Below, piece by piece: positions 10,907 through 19,539 of a DNA stretch of 64,000 nt. Below the pieces are notes generated by a model. The model did no database searches, had not been told where the DNA came from, and saw only the letters and a list, made by a program, of their open reading frames with translations. This stretch comes from Rhizobiales bacterium 63-22 (GTDB lineage Bacteria; Pseudomonadota; Alphaproteobacteria; Rhizobiales; Rhizobiaceae): positions 109,115 to 173,114 of the forward strand of contig MKVZ01000004.1 of NCBI GenBank assembly GCA_001898995.1, given 5' to 3'. A program made the translations under genes and the position numbers. The number at the start of each line of letters is the position of its first letter. The stretch's first letter is position 1.

Positions 10907-12577
10907 TCAAGCGCCGGCGGCGGCGCTCAATACCGCCTTGACCGAGGCCGTGGCGACATTGCCGTCGATGCCGACGCCGAAAACCGTCCGGCCATCGGAT
11001 GTGCAGCATTCGAGATAGGCGACGGCCTCGGCGTCCGCACCGCGCTTGAGCGCGTGTTCATGGTAATCGACCACTTCCAGCGCCAGGCCGAAGCCCTCAG
11101 CGATCGCCGCGACCGCGCCGGAAATCAGGCCGTTGCCGCGGCCCATCACGGCAACCTCCCCGCCGCGATGACGAATACGGCCGGCAAAGACGCGCGGCTC
11201 GCCGGCCCTGCGCGGCGCCGTGTCCCGATAGCTGACCAGTTCGAACGGCTGCGGACCCGTCAGACGATAGGCTTCCTGAAAAATCGACCAGATGGCGTCG
11301 GCGGTGATTTCTTTGCCGCTCCGGTCGGCGAATTCCTGCACCCGGCGGCTGAGATCGACCTGCAACGGACGCGGCAGCTTCAGCCCCCTGTCCCGCTCGA
11401 TCACCCATGCCACGCCGCCCTTGCCCGACTGGCTGTTGACGCGGATCACGGCCTCGTATGTTTCGCCGAGATCGGCCGGATCGATGGGCAGATAGGGCAT
11501 TTCCCAGATGCCGTCATTGCGCGCGCGATGGGCGGCGAAGCCCTTCCTGATCGCATCCTGATGCGAACCGGAAAAGGCGGTATGCACCAGTTCGCCCGCA
11601 TAGGGATGGCGCGGATGCACCGGCAGGCCGTTGCAATGCTGCACCGTGTCCACGACCGAGCGGATCGCCGGGAACCGCAGTCCGGGGTCGATGCCCTGCG
11701 TGTAGAGATTGAGCGCCAGCGTCACCAGATCGACATTGCCGGTGCGCTCGCCATTGCCGAACAGGCAGCCTTCGACACGGTCGGCCCCGGCAAGCAAAGC
11801 CTGTTCGGCGGATGCCACGGCGGTTCCGCGATCGTTGTGCGGATGCACGCTGATGACCACGGCATCGCGACGCGAAATATGCCGGCAGAACCATTCGATC
11901 TGATCGGCATAGATATTGGGCATGGCGACCTCCACCGTTGCCGGCAGGTTTAGGATCGCCGGGCGTTCCGGCGTCGGGCGCCACACATCGAGCACCCGTT
12001 CGCAAATCTCCAGCGCGAAATCCGGCTCGGTGAAGCAGAACGTCTCCGGCGAATATTCGAAGGTCCATTCCGTGTCGGGGCGTTTCAGGCTCTCCTCCAG
12101 CATCGCGGTGACGCCGGTGACGGCGAGATCGACGATCTCGTGCCGGTCCATCCCGAACACGACACGCCGGAACAGCGGCGCGGTCGCATTGTAGAGATGG
12201 ACGATCGCCCGTTTCGCGCCGTCGAGCGACTCGAAGGTCCGTGCGATCAGGTCGGCGCGCGACTGCGTCAGAACCTGAATCGTCACGTCGTCCGGAATGC
12301 GGTTTTCCTCGATCAGCGCCCGCATGAAATCGAATTCGGTGCGGGACGCCGATGGAAAGGCCACCTCTATTTCCTTGAAGCCGATATCGAGCAGCATGTC
12401 GTAGAAGCGCAGCTTGCGCCCGACATCCATCGGATCGGCGAGCGCCTGATTGCCGTCGCGCAGATCGGTCGAAAGCCAGCGCGGCGCCTTGGTGAGCCGG
12501 TTCGACGGCCAGGTGCGGTCCGGCAGGTCCACGGGAGAGGCGAAGGGGCGGTATTTGGTTTCTGGATTTTGCAGCAT
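10907..12577 (-). CDS. leuA: 2-isopropylmalate synthase (yeast/actinobacterial-type, LeuA2)
   Basis: WPS...[52 protein letters not shown] and C-terminal regulatory domain GNG.I. Confidence 0.95.
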   Translation of the reverse strand: MLQNPETKYRPFASPVDLPDRTWPSNRLTKAPRWLSTDLRDGNQALADPMDVGRKLRFYDMLLDIGFKEIEVAFPSASRTEFDFMRALIEENRIPDDVTIQVLTQSRADLIARTFESLDGAKRAIVHLYNATAPLFRRVVFGMDRHEIVDLAVTGVTAMLEESLKRPDTEWTFEYSPETFCFTEPDFALEICERVLDVWRPTPERPAILNLPATVEVAMPNIYADQIEWFCRHISRRDAVVISVHPHNDRGTAVASAEQALLAGADRVEGCLFGNGERTGNVDLVTLALNLYTQGIDPGLRFPAIRSVVDTVQHCNGLPVHPRHPYAGELVHTAFSGSHQDAIRKGFAAHRARNDGIWEMPYLPIDPADLGETYEAVIRVNSQSGKGGVAWVIERDRGLKLPRPLQVDLSRRVQEFADRSGKEITADAIWSIFQEAYRLTGPQPFELVSYRDTAPRRAGEPRVFAGRIRHRGGEVAVMGRGNGLISGAVAAIAEGFGLALEVVDYHEHALKRGADAEAVAYLECCTSDGRTVFGVGIDGNVATASVKAVLSAAAGA

Positions 12578-12672
12578 GACGATTTCCGAAAGGACAACGC
12601 GATCCGGCCTGCGGCGGCTTCGCCCGCCGGCATCGCGTAAAGACAGGGGATGAAGGGGTTGCGCGGCGGATC

Positions 12673-12753
12673 GCGGCCGCCGGGAAGCGATCAGTCCCGG
12701 CGGCCGCCGGTAAGTCGAAGCGCGGCGCGGCCCGCGGCCGGGCGCGGCGGCAT
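12673..12753 (-). promoter_or_regulatory. Candidate leuA leader peptide/attenuator ([20 protein letters not shown], 12753-12691)
   Basis: 20-codon uORF with CTT-CGA-CTT. Its stop lies in the loop of a perfect 13-bp stem (12673-12685 / 12695-12707). Confidence 0.6.
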
Positions 12754-12879
12754 GAAAAGATCAGAAGATTGGGGCGCGGAAGACACCGGGCGAAGATCCT
12801 GTTTGCGAACCGCCCTATATTGCCGGACCGACCTGTGATAATCTTGCGCGCAGGGATCAATTATCGTCGCAAAAGGATC

Positions 12880-13740
12880 ATGGTTCTGGAACGCCTGCTC
12901 GATGTGACGGACGGCTTTGCGGTGGTCGCGCAGGACGGGAATCGCCGCCCCGGCGAGAGGCACAGCCATGACCGCGCGCAACTGCTTTATGCGATCAGCG
13001 GCGTCATCTCGGTCACGACGGATCGAGGAACATGGGTCGTGCCGCCGAGCCGGGCGGTCTGGCTTCCGGCCGATATGGAGCACGAAACCACCGGCAGTTC
13101 CGGCGTCCGTTTCCGTTCGCTGCTGATCGAAACGGGGCGTATTCCCGATCCGCCCGGAACCTGCATGGTGGTTGAGGTCACGCCGCTCCTGCGGGAACTG
13201 ATCCAGAAGCTCGTGAGCATCGCCGAAGGCGGAGGGGGCGGTGCTATCGCCGAAGCCGTGGTGCGCCTGCTCGTGCTGGAACTGTCCTTCATGCCGGTGC
13301 GGGCGCTCAACCTGCCGATGCCGGAGCATGGCGGGCTGGCGCGGTTCTGCGGCCGGCTTCGCGGCGATCCGGCGTCCAGCCTCACCGTGGAGGACGCGGC
13401 CGCGGCGCTGCATATGAGCCGCGCGACTTTCATGCGGCTGTTCCGGCGCGAAACAGGCATGAGCTTCGGGCGGTGGCGGCAGCAGGCGCGGATGCTCCAT
13501 GCCCTGTCGCTGCTGGCCGAAGGGCGCAACATTCTCGATGTCGCGCTCGAATGCGGTTATGAGAGCCCGAGCGCCTTCTCCGCCATGTTCCGCCGGTCCC
13601 TCGGCCAGCCACCGAGCGCATATTTCGGGCACCGGCCCATGCAGGCGCGGGTCGCCAAAGCATTTCCAGCGAAAGTGCGAAACGGTTTCGCGCAGGACGA
13701 TGTGCAAAACGAAAATCCAAAGCGCGGAAAGCGAATCTGA
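12880..13740 (+). CDS. AraC-family transcriptional regulator (cupin + double HTH)
   Basis: H.H.RAQLLYA cupin, WVVPP.RAVW.P, MS..TF.RLF.RETGMSFG.WRQQAR, GYESPSAF.AMFRR. AAGGA RBS before ATG 12880. Confidence 0.9.
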   Translation: MVLERLLDVTDGFAVVAQDGNRRPGERHSHDRAQLLYAISGVISVTTDRGTWVVPPSRAVWLPADMEHETTGSSGVRFRSLLIETGRIPDPPGTCMVVEVTPLLRELIQKLVSIAEGGGGGAIAEAVVRLLVLELSFMPVRALNLPMPEHGGLARFCGRLRGDPASSLTVEDAAAALHMSRATFMRLFRRETGMSFGRWRQQARMLHALSLLAEGRNILDVALECGYESPSAFSAMFRRSLGQPPSAYFGHRPMQARVAKAFPAKVRNGFAQDDVQNENPKRGKRI

Positions 13741-13760
13741 AAGATCGCGACGCGTTTTAG
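13657..13760. repeat. Palindromic repeat copy 2 (overlaps AraC 3' end)
   Basis: AAAGCATTTCCAGCGAAAGTGCGAAACGGTTT... matches copy 1 in reverse. Second hairpin AAAGCGCG...GAATC...CGCGTTTTA. Confidence 0.85.
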
Positions 13761-14048
13761 TGCAACATCTCGGCAGAAATGACGGCAGTTTGCCCAAAAG
13801 AGCGGCGAAAAGGGCAATTTATCCTCCTTTCAGGCTTTTCCACAGCCCGATCTTGCTTTATTGGCACGGCAATCGTCCGGATTGTCATCCAAATGCCCTG
13901 ATCGGCGTCGATGGATCAGCCCGTCCGCATCGGCCGATACAGCGGCCGATAAGGTCTGGTTATTCCTTTTTGGTTATGGTCGGCGAGAAGTACACCCTGA
14001 AAAAAGCGCTGCGGTGGCCGGCAGAATCTGTATCGAGTGTTTCGCACC

Positions 14049-15839
14049 ATGAACTTCGCGCAACTGCGTCATAACCGCTTTCTGAGGGTTCTCTTCGTTC
14101 CCTTTCATCTGCGTGCGCTGGTGCGCGGCAGTGAACTGGGCCTCACGATTGCGGGCATGCTGGTGGGCGCCGTATCGGGACTGGCGGTCGCCGCCGTCGG
14201 CAACATATCGCAATGGATGCACGAGGCCATCTTCGCGCTGTCTCCCGGCGAAAAGCTGAGCGTGGCGTCCGCGCTTCCGCCAAGCGCCATCATCGCGCCG
14301 GCCGCAGGCGGCGTCCTCATGGGCGTGGTGATGTGGATGCTTTCACGCTGGCGCAAGCGCGCCATCGTCGACCCCATCGAGGCGAACGCGCTGCACGGCG
14401 GACGCCTCTCGCTCACCGACAGCTTCATCCTAGTCGGTCAGAACCTGATCTCCAACGGCTTCGGCGCGTCGGTCGGCCTCGAAGCGGCCTATACGCAGCT
14501 CATGAGCGGTTTCGCCTCGCGGCTCGGCCGGGCGCTGAAACTGCGCCGCGCGGACCTGCGCACACTGGTGGGCTGCGGCGCGGCGGCGGCCATCGCCAGC
14601 GCCTTCAACGCGCCCCTCACCGGCTCGTTCTACGCTTTCGAACTCATCATCGGCACCTACTCCATCGCCACCCTCGCGCCGGTGGTCATGGCGGCCATCG
14701 TCAGCACGCTGGTGACGCGCGCCATCGAAGGCGCGCCCTATCTCATCTATATCAGCGATATCGGCGCCATCGCCCCGCGCGACTACCCGCCGGCCCTGCT
14801 GCTCGGCCTTATCGCGGCGGGGCTGGCCATCCTCATCATGCGCGGCGTCACCTTCATGGAGCAGCTCACGCGGCGCAGCGGGCTGCCGCCCCTCCTCTCG
14901 CCCGTGATCGGCGGGGCCATCGTCGGGCTGATCGCCCTCGTCTCGCCGCAGGTGTTGGGGTCGGGCCACGGCGCGCTGCACCTCGACCTCAATCTCAATC
15001 AGACCATCTCGACGCTGGTGGTGCTCATCCTCGCCAAGTCGCTCGCTTCCGCCGTTTCCATCGGCGCGGGCTTTCGCGGCGGCCTGTTCTTCGCCTCGCT
15101 CCTGCTCGGCGCGCTCACCGGCAAGCTGTTCGCGGCCGTGGGCGCCATCATGCTGCCGGCCGGCGTGGCGCTCTCGCCGGGAATCTATGCCGTGATCGGC
15201 ATGAGCTCGCTTGCCGTCGCCATAGTCGGCGGTCCGATGACGATGACCTTCCTCGCGCTGGAAATGACCGGCAACTTCCCCATCGCCATGCTGGTGCTGG
15301 GCGCGGTGGTGGTTTCCTCGCTGACCGTGCGCAAGACCTTCGGCTACTCCTTCGCCACATGGCGCTTCCACCTGCGCGGCGAGGCGATCCGTTCCGCGCA
15401 CGATATCGGCTGGATTCGCAACCTTACCGTCAACCGCATCATGCGCCACGACGTGCGCACCATGCCGGTGGACATCGACATGGCCACCTTCCTGCACGAT
15501 TTCCCGCTCGGCTCGGCGCAGCGCGTCATCGCGGTGGACGACCAGGGGCGCTATTGCGGCATGATCCATGTGCCGGAGGTCTATGCCGACAATCTCGACA
15601 CGTCGCACGACCCCCCGACGCTCTCGTCCCTGTTGCGGCACAAGGACGAATTCCTGCTGCCGGAAATGAACGCCAAGGAGGCCGTCGCCCGTTTCGACCG
15701 CGCCGAAGCGGAAGCGCTGGCCGTGGTCAACAACGCGCAGGAGCGCAAGGTGCTGGGCCAGTTGAGCGAAGCCCATACCCTGCGCCGCTACAGCGAGGAA
15801 CTCGATCGCCGCCGGCGCGAAGTGTCGGGCGAGGTTTGA
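14049..15839 (+). CDS. ClC-family chloride channel/transporter with C-terminal CBS pair
   Basis: GASVGLEAA, CGAAAAIASAFNAPLTG..YAFELI, GFRGGLFF motifs, about 11 TM segments, soluble CBS-like tail. Confidence 0.9.
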   Translation: MNFAQLRHNRFLRVLFVPFHLRALVRGSELGLTIAGMLVGAVSGLAVAAVGNISQWMHEAIFALSPGEKLSVASALPPSAIIAPAAGGVLMGVVMWMLSRWRKRAIVDPIEANALHGGRLSLTDSFILVGQNLISNGFGASVGLEAAYTQLMSGFASRLGRALKLRRADLRTLVGCGAAAAIASAFNAPLTGSFYAFELIIGTYSIATLAPVVMAAIVSTLVTRAIEGAPYLIYISDIGAIAPRDYPPALLLGLIAAGLAILIMRGVTFMEQLTRRSGLPPLLSPVIGGAIVGLIALVSPQVLGSGHGALHLDLNLNQTISTLVVLILAKSLASAVSIGAGFRGGLFFASLLLGALTGKLFAAVGAIMLPAGVALSPGIYAVIGMSSLAVAIVGGPMTMTFLALEMTGNFPIAMLVLGAVVVSSLTVRKTFGYSFATWRFHLRGEAIRSAHDIGWIRNLTVNRIMRHDVRTMPVDIDMATFLHDFPLGSAQRVIAVDDQGRYCGMIHVPEVYADNLDTSHDPPTLSSLLRHKDEFLLPEMNAKEAVARFDRAEAEALAVVNNAQERKVLGQLSEAHTLRRYSEELDRRRREVSGEV

Positions 15840-15897
15840 CGGTCAATATTTGACCGATGGGGCATAAAGGTGTAGCTCAGGCCCGGTTTTTCCCGGC

Positions 15898-16001
15898 TGG
15901 AGCGGTTCCTGTTCCCACAGAATCGGAGAACCGCTCTATCTATTTGTTTTTACGCATTATCCTGCGCAAAACCGCCACGCACTTTTGCTGGAAATGCTTT
16001 A
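15898..16001. repeat. Palindromic repeat copy 3
   Basis: GAGCGGTTC...GAACCGCTCTA, linker, GCATTATCC...CACTTTTGCTGGAAATGCTTTA. Close to copy 1. Confidence 0.88.
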
Positions 16002-16008
16002 GAAGGTT

Positions 16009-16701
16009 ATGCTCATGAAGGCTCCGGCCCTTATCGTCTTCGATTGCGATGGCGTTCTGGTGGATTCAGAAATCATAGCGGCGGAAGTGGAATCCGCCCT
16101 GCTCACCGAGGCGGGCTACCCGATTTCCGTCGAGGAAATGGGCGAGCGTTTCGCGGGCCTCACATGGCACGACATATTGCTGAGCGTGGAGCGCGAAGCC
16201 GGGATTCCGCTTTCCGCGACGCTGTTCGACAAGTCGGAAAAGATTCTGGACGAGCGGCTGGCGAACGAGGTGCAGGCCCTGGACGGCGCGGCCGAGGCGA
16301 TCTCGAAACTGAAGCTGCCGAAATGCATCTGCTCCAATTCGAGCAGCGCGCGGCTGGAAACCATGCTGAAACGGGTAGAGCTCTACGATTTCTTTGCGCC
16401 GAATATCTTTTCGGCCAAGGAAGTGGGCACGAAGAAAACCAAGCCCGCGCCGGATGTTTTCCTTTACGCCGCCCAAAAGATGGGCGTCGATCCGGCGGAT
16501 GCGGTGGTGATCGAGGATTCCGGGCACGGCGTTCAGGCCGCGCGTGCCGCCGGCATGCGCGTCATCGGTTTCACCGGCGCGGCGCACAGCTATCCCGGCC
16601 ATGCCGACCGTCTGACCGAAGCCGGCGCCGAGACGGTCATCCGTCGCTTCAGCGATCTGCCGGGCATGATCGAAGCGCTGTCCGTCTGGACCGACGCCTG
16701 A
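16009..16701 (+). CDS. HAD-family hydrolase (phosphatase IA)
   Basis: FDCDGVLVDSE, CSNS, KPAPDVF, VIEDS..GV.AA.AAGM. Confidence 0.92.
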   Translation: MLMKAPALIVFDCDGVLVDSEIIAAEVESALLTEAGYPISVEEMGERFAGLTWHDILLSVEREAGIPLSATLFDKSEKILDERLANEVQALDGAAEAISKLKLPKCICSNSSSARLETMLKRVELYDFFAPNIFSAKEVGTKKTKPAPDVFLYAAQKMGVDPADAVVIEDSGHGVQAARAAGMRVIGFTGAAHSYPGHADRLTEAGAETVIRRFSDLPGMIEALSVWTDA

Positions 16702-16793
16702 CGAAACCCACCGCTTGTCACAATTTACCCGCGCAGATATGGCGGGATTCACACTATTGTCACACTTGCCTTAATTTAGCCGCAATCGCCCTC

Positions 16794-16979
16794 TCAGGCG
16801 GCGGAGATGCGGCTGTTGCCTTTCGGCGGCGCGTTGAGCGTGGCCAGCAGGCTTTCCGCTTCCTTCTCGTCGAGGCCGATCAGCAGCCGGGTTCCCAGGA
16901 TGACGGGTTCGCCCGTGGTCGTATCGAAGATCGCCCAGGTGTCCGTCGGCTCAAGAATGCGTTCATATCTCTGTTTCAT
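16794..16979 (-). CDS. Small hypothetical protein (61 aa)
   Basis: RYE..EPTDTWAIFDTTTGEP......GL...EAE.L...LN resembles a recurrent small rhizobial protein (from memory). Fills an otherwise empty gap. Confidence 0.6.
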   Translation of the reverse strand: MKQRYERILEPTDTWAIFDTTTGEPVILGTRLLIGLDEKEAESLLATLNAPPKGNSRISAA

Positions 16980-17057
16980 GGGAACAGACTAACGCGGAAA
17001 AGTTGCAATTCACTTCACGCGAGCGGGTGGATTTGATTCAAAATTTAGGCGAATAAC

Positions 17058-17105
17058 GAAACAGGGGGTGGGTACCGCCGTTGCGGATGAGCCACCCCCT
17101 GTTTC
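17058..17105 (-). terminator. Hairpin/terminator after lipoprotein gene
   Basis: GAAACAGGGGGTGG / CCACCCCCTGTTTC 14-bp stem. Confidence 0.7.
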
Positions 17106-17130
17106 CTTCCTGAGCGGATGTCCCGAAGGC

Positions 17131-17718
17131 CTACTTCCGCTTCCGGCCCTTGTGCGCCGTCTTGTGATCCGCCGTGGCGGGGCCTTCGTCGAAGCCCACG
17201 AATACCTGGAGATCGTTCTGGCCGGAGCGCGGCACGGTGATACCCTTGTCGTTGAACATGAACTGCGTCGCCGTGTCGCCGTTGGTGATGGTGGCGGTCT
17301 GCCTCTGGAGCTTGGAATAGACCACCTTGCCGCCCTGAAGCACCGCGAGGCGGATCGGCATGGTGATGGTGCCGTCATGGTATTTCGGCCCCGGAACGAC
17401 CTTGCCGGCGACGGCCGCGTCGATGATGATCGTCCCGTCGCCATACTGGCAGGAGCGGGTCGTGTCGGTCAGCGCGGCCTGGTAGACCACGTTGTCGGGG
17501 GTCCTGTCGCCGCTGTAGGTGCTGAAATAGGCCGTGCCGTCGCGCAGCGTGACGGTGGGGCAATAGGCGCGCAGTTCCGAAGCCTTGACGCGCGGCTGGG
17601 CTACGTCGGGCGTTGTCGGAGTGCTGGTCCCCTTGGTGGTGCAGCCTGCCAGCGCCGCCAGCAGGACCATCGCCAGAACCGGCACCGGCGACGAACGATT
17701 CTCAAGTGCTTTCCGCAT
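17131..17718 (-). CDS. Conserved hypothetical lipoprotein
   Basis: Signal with lipobox LAGC, CP.VTLRDGT motif, Cys pair. Start uncertain. Confidence 0.75.
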   Translation of the reverse strand: MRKALENRSSPVPVLAMVLLAALAGCTTKGTSTPTTPDVAQPRVKASELRAYCPTVTLRDGTAYFSTYSGDRTPDNVVYQAALTDTTRSCQYGDGTIIIDAAVAGKVVPGPKYHDGTITMPIRLAVLQGGKVVYSKLQRQTATITNGDTATQFMFNDKGITVPRSGQNDLQVFVGFDEGPATADHKTAHKGRKRK

Positions 17719-17891
17719 AGACCGGGTCTCCCTGCGCTGTTGTGCGGATGGTGTTTTCCCGTTTTTTAACCCGAAGAGCAAGCCCATCCGGGCGGTGACG
17801 TCATAAATTCTTGCGACCGGCGCGGGGAAGTCCTATTGAATTGCACAACCTTTCCAACGCTTACCTTCCAATCAAGCAAGAGCCCGATATC

Positions 17892-19283
17892 ATGAAATAT
17901 GCAAGCACGCGCGGGGAAGCGCCGGTTCTGGGATTCAGCGATGCGCTGCTGGCCGGACTTGCCCGCGACGGCGGTCTTTATCTGCCGCAGGACTATCCAC
18001 ATTTTTCGCCGGAGAAAATCCGGGCGCTGCGCGGAAAGTCCTATGCGGAGGTCGCGCTCGACGTGCTGACCCCCTTCGTCGGCGGCGAGATCGCGCAGGC
18101 CGATTTCGAGCGCATGGTGCGCGAGGCCTATGCGACGTTCCGCCATGAGGCCGTCTGTCCGCTGGTGCAGACGGGTGCGAACGAATATGTGCTCGAACTC
18201 TTCCACGGCCCGACGCTCGCCTTCAAGGACGTCGCCATGCAGTTGCTGGCGCGCATGATGGATCATGTGCTGGCGAGCCGCGGCAAGCGCGCCACCATCG
18301 TCGGCGCCACTTCCGGCGACACCGGCGGCGCGGCCATCGAGGCATTCGGCGGGCGCGACAACACCGATATCTTCATCCTGTTCCCGCATGGCCGCGTCTC
18401 GCCGGTGCAGCAGCACCAGATGACCACGTCCGGCCATGCCAATGTCCACGCGCTCGCCGTCGAGGGCAATTTCGACGATTGCCAGAACCTCGTGAAGGCC
18501 ATGTTCAACGACCACGCCTTCCGCGACGCGCTGTCGCTTTCGGGCGTGAACTCGATCAACTGGGGCCGCATCATGGCGCAGGTGGTCTATTATTTCACCG
18601 CCGCGCTCAGCCTCGGCGCACCGGACCGCGCCGTCTCCTTCACCGTGCCGACCGGCAATTTCGGCGACATCTTCGCCGGCTACGTGGCCAAGCGCATGGG
18701 TCTGCCCATCGAGCGGCTCGTCATCGCCACCAACGACAACGACATTCTGGCCCGCACGCTCGACCACGGCGCCTACGAGATGCGCGGCGTGGCGCAGACC
18801 ACCTCGCCGTCGATGGACATACAGATTTCCTCCAACTTCGAGCGCCTGCTGTTCGAGGCGTACGGACGCGACGCCGCCGCGGTGCGCGGCCTGATGTCGA
18901 GCCTGAAGCAGTCCGGCGGCTTCACCATCCCCGAAAAGCCGCTTTCGGCCATCCGCGCGGAATTTTCCGCCGGGCGCGCAACCGTCGCCGAGACGGCGGC
19001 CACGATCAAGGCGGTGCTCGCTGCGGACGGCTATCTGCTCGATCCGCATTCGGCCATCGCCGTGAAAGTGGCGCGCGAGAACGCGCGCGGCGCAGCGCCC
19101 ATGGTGGCGCTCGCCACCGCGCATCCGGCCAAGTTTCCCGACGCCGTCAGGGCCGCGTGCGGGGTGGAACCGAAGCTGCCCGGCTGGCTTTCCGACCTCA
19201 TGCAGCGAAAAGAAAGCTTCACCGTCCTTCACAACGACCTGAAAATCGTGGAAGAATACGTACGCCGCCATACGAGAGCCTGA
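17892..19283 (+). CDS. thrC: Threonine synthase
   Basis: MKYASTRG, ELFHGPTLAFKD (PLP lysine), ATSGDTG, NSINWGR, VPTGNFG, TAHPAKF. Confidence 0.97.
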   Translation: MKYASTRGEAPVLGFSDALLAGLARDGGLYLPQDYPHFSPEKIRALRGKSYAEVALDVLTPFVGGEIAQADFERMVREAYATFRHEAVCPLVQTGANEYVLELFHGPTLAFKDVAMQLLARMMDHVLASRGKRATIVGATSGDTGGAAIEAFGGRDNTDIFILFPHGRVSPVQQHQMTTSGHANVHALAVEGNFDDCQNLVKAMFNDHAFRDALSLSGVNSINWGRIMAQVVYYFTAALSLGAPDRAVSFTVPTGNFGDIFAGYVAKRMGLPIERLVIATNDNDILARTLDHGAYEMRGVAQTTSPSMDIQISSNFERLLFEAYGRDAAAVRGLMSSLKQSGGFTIPEKPLSAIRAEFSAGRATVAETAATIKAVLAADGYLLDPHSAIAVKVARENARGAAPMVALATAHPAKFPDAVRAACGVEPKLPGWLSDLMQRKESFTVLHNDLKIVEEYVRRHTRA

Positions 19284-19307
19284 AAATCATGAGGCGGACC
19301 GGCGGGC

Positions 19308-19410
19308 TGGAGCATCGGAACGAAAAGTGGGAACCGGTTTTCGGGTCATCCGATGCTCAAACAAAAAGTCAGATCGTCACAATGCGCCTGATAAGGCGCA
19401 CGACGACCTA
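19308..19410. repeat. Palindromic repeat copy 4 (first of a tandem pair)
   Basis: GAGCATCGGA...AAAAGTGGGAACCGGTTTT...TCCGATGCTC, AAACAAAAAG linker, second hairpin ending GACCTA. Confidence 0.8.
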
Positions 19411-19514
19411 AAGCATGTCACGCAAAAGTGTGCAGCGGTTTTGCGATAACGACATGCGTAAAAACAAAGGATTAAAGCGCGGAAAGCGAATCTGAAAGAT
19501 CGCGGCGCGCTTTA
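19409..19514. repeat. Palindromic repeat copy 5 (second of the tandem pair)
   Basis: TAAAGCATGTC...AAAAGTGTGCAGCGGTTTT...GACATGC. Second hairpin nearly identical to that of copy 2. Confidence 0.85.
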
Positions 19515-19539
19515 GGACAATGCAGGGAGCAGTTTGCTT

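Noticed and set aside
13900-14048. Possible fluoride riboswitch upstream of the ClC gene (GATGG...GATAA)
   Set aside because: P1 and pseudoknot pairings do not fit the crcB motif, and the ClC lacks CLC-F signatures.
15858-15900. GGTGTAGCTCAG resembling a tRNA 5' end/D-arm
   Set aside because: No anticodon arm, TTC T-loop or acceptor-stem partner follows. The sequence runs into repeat copy 3.
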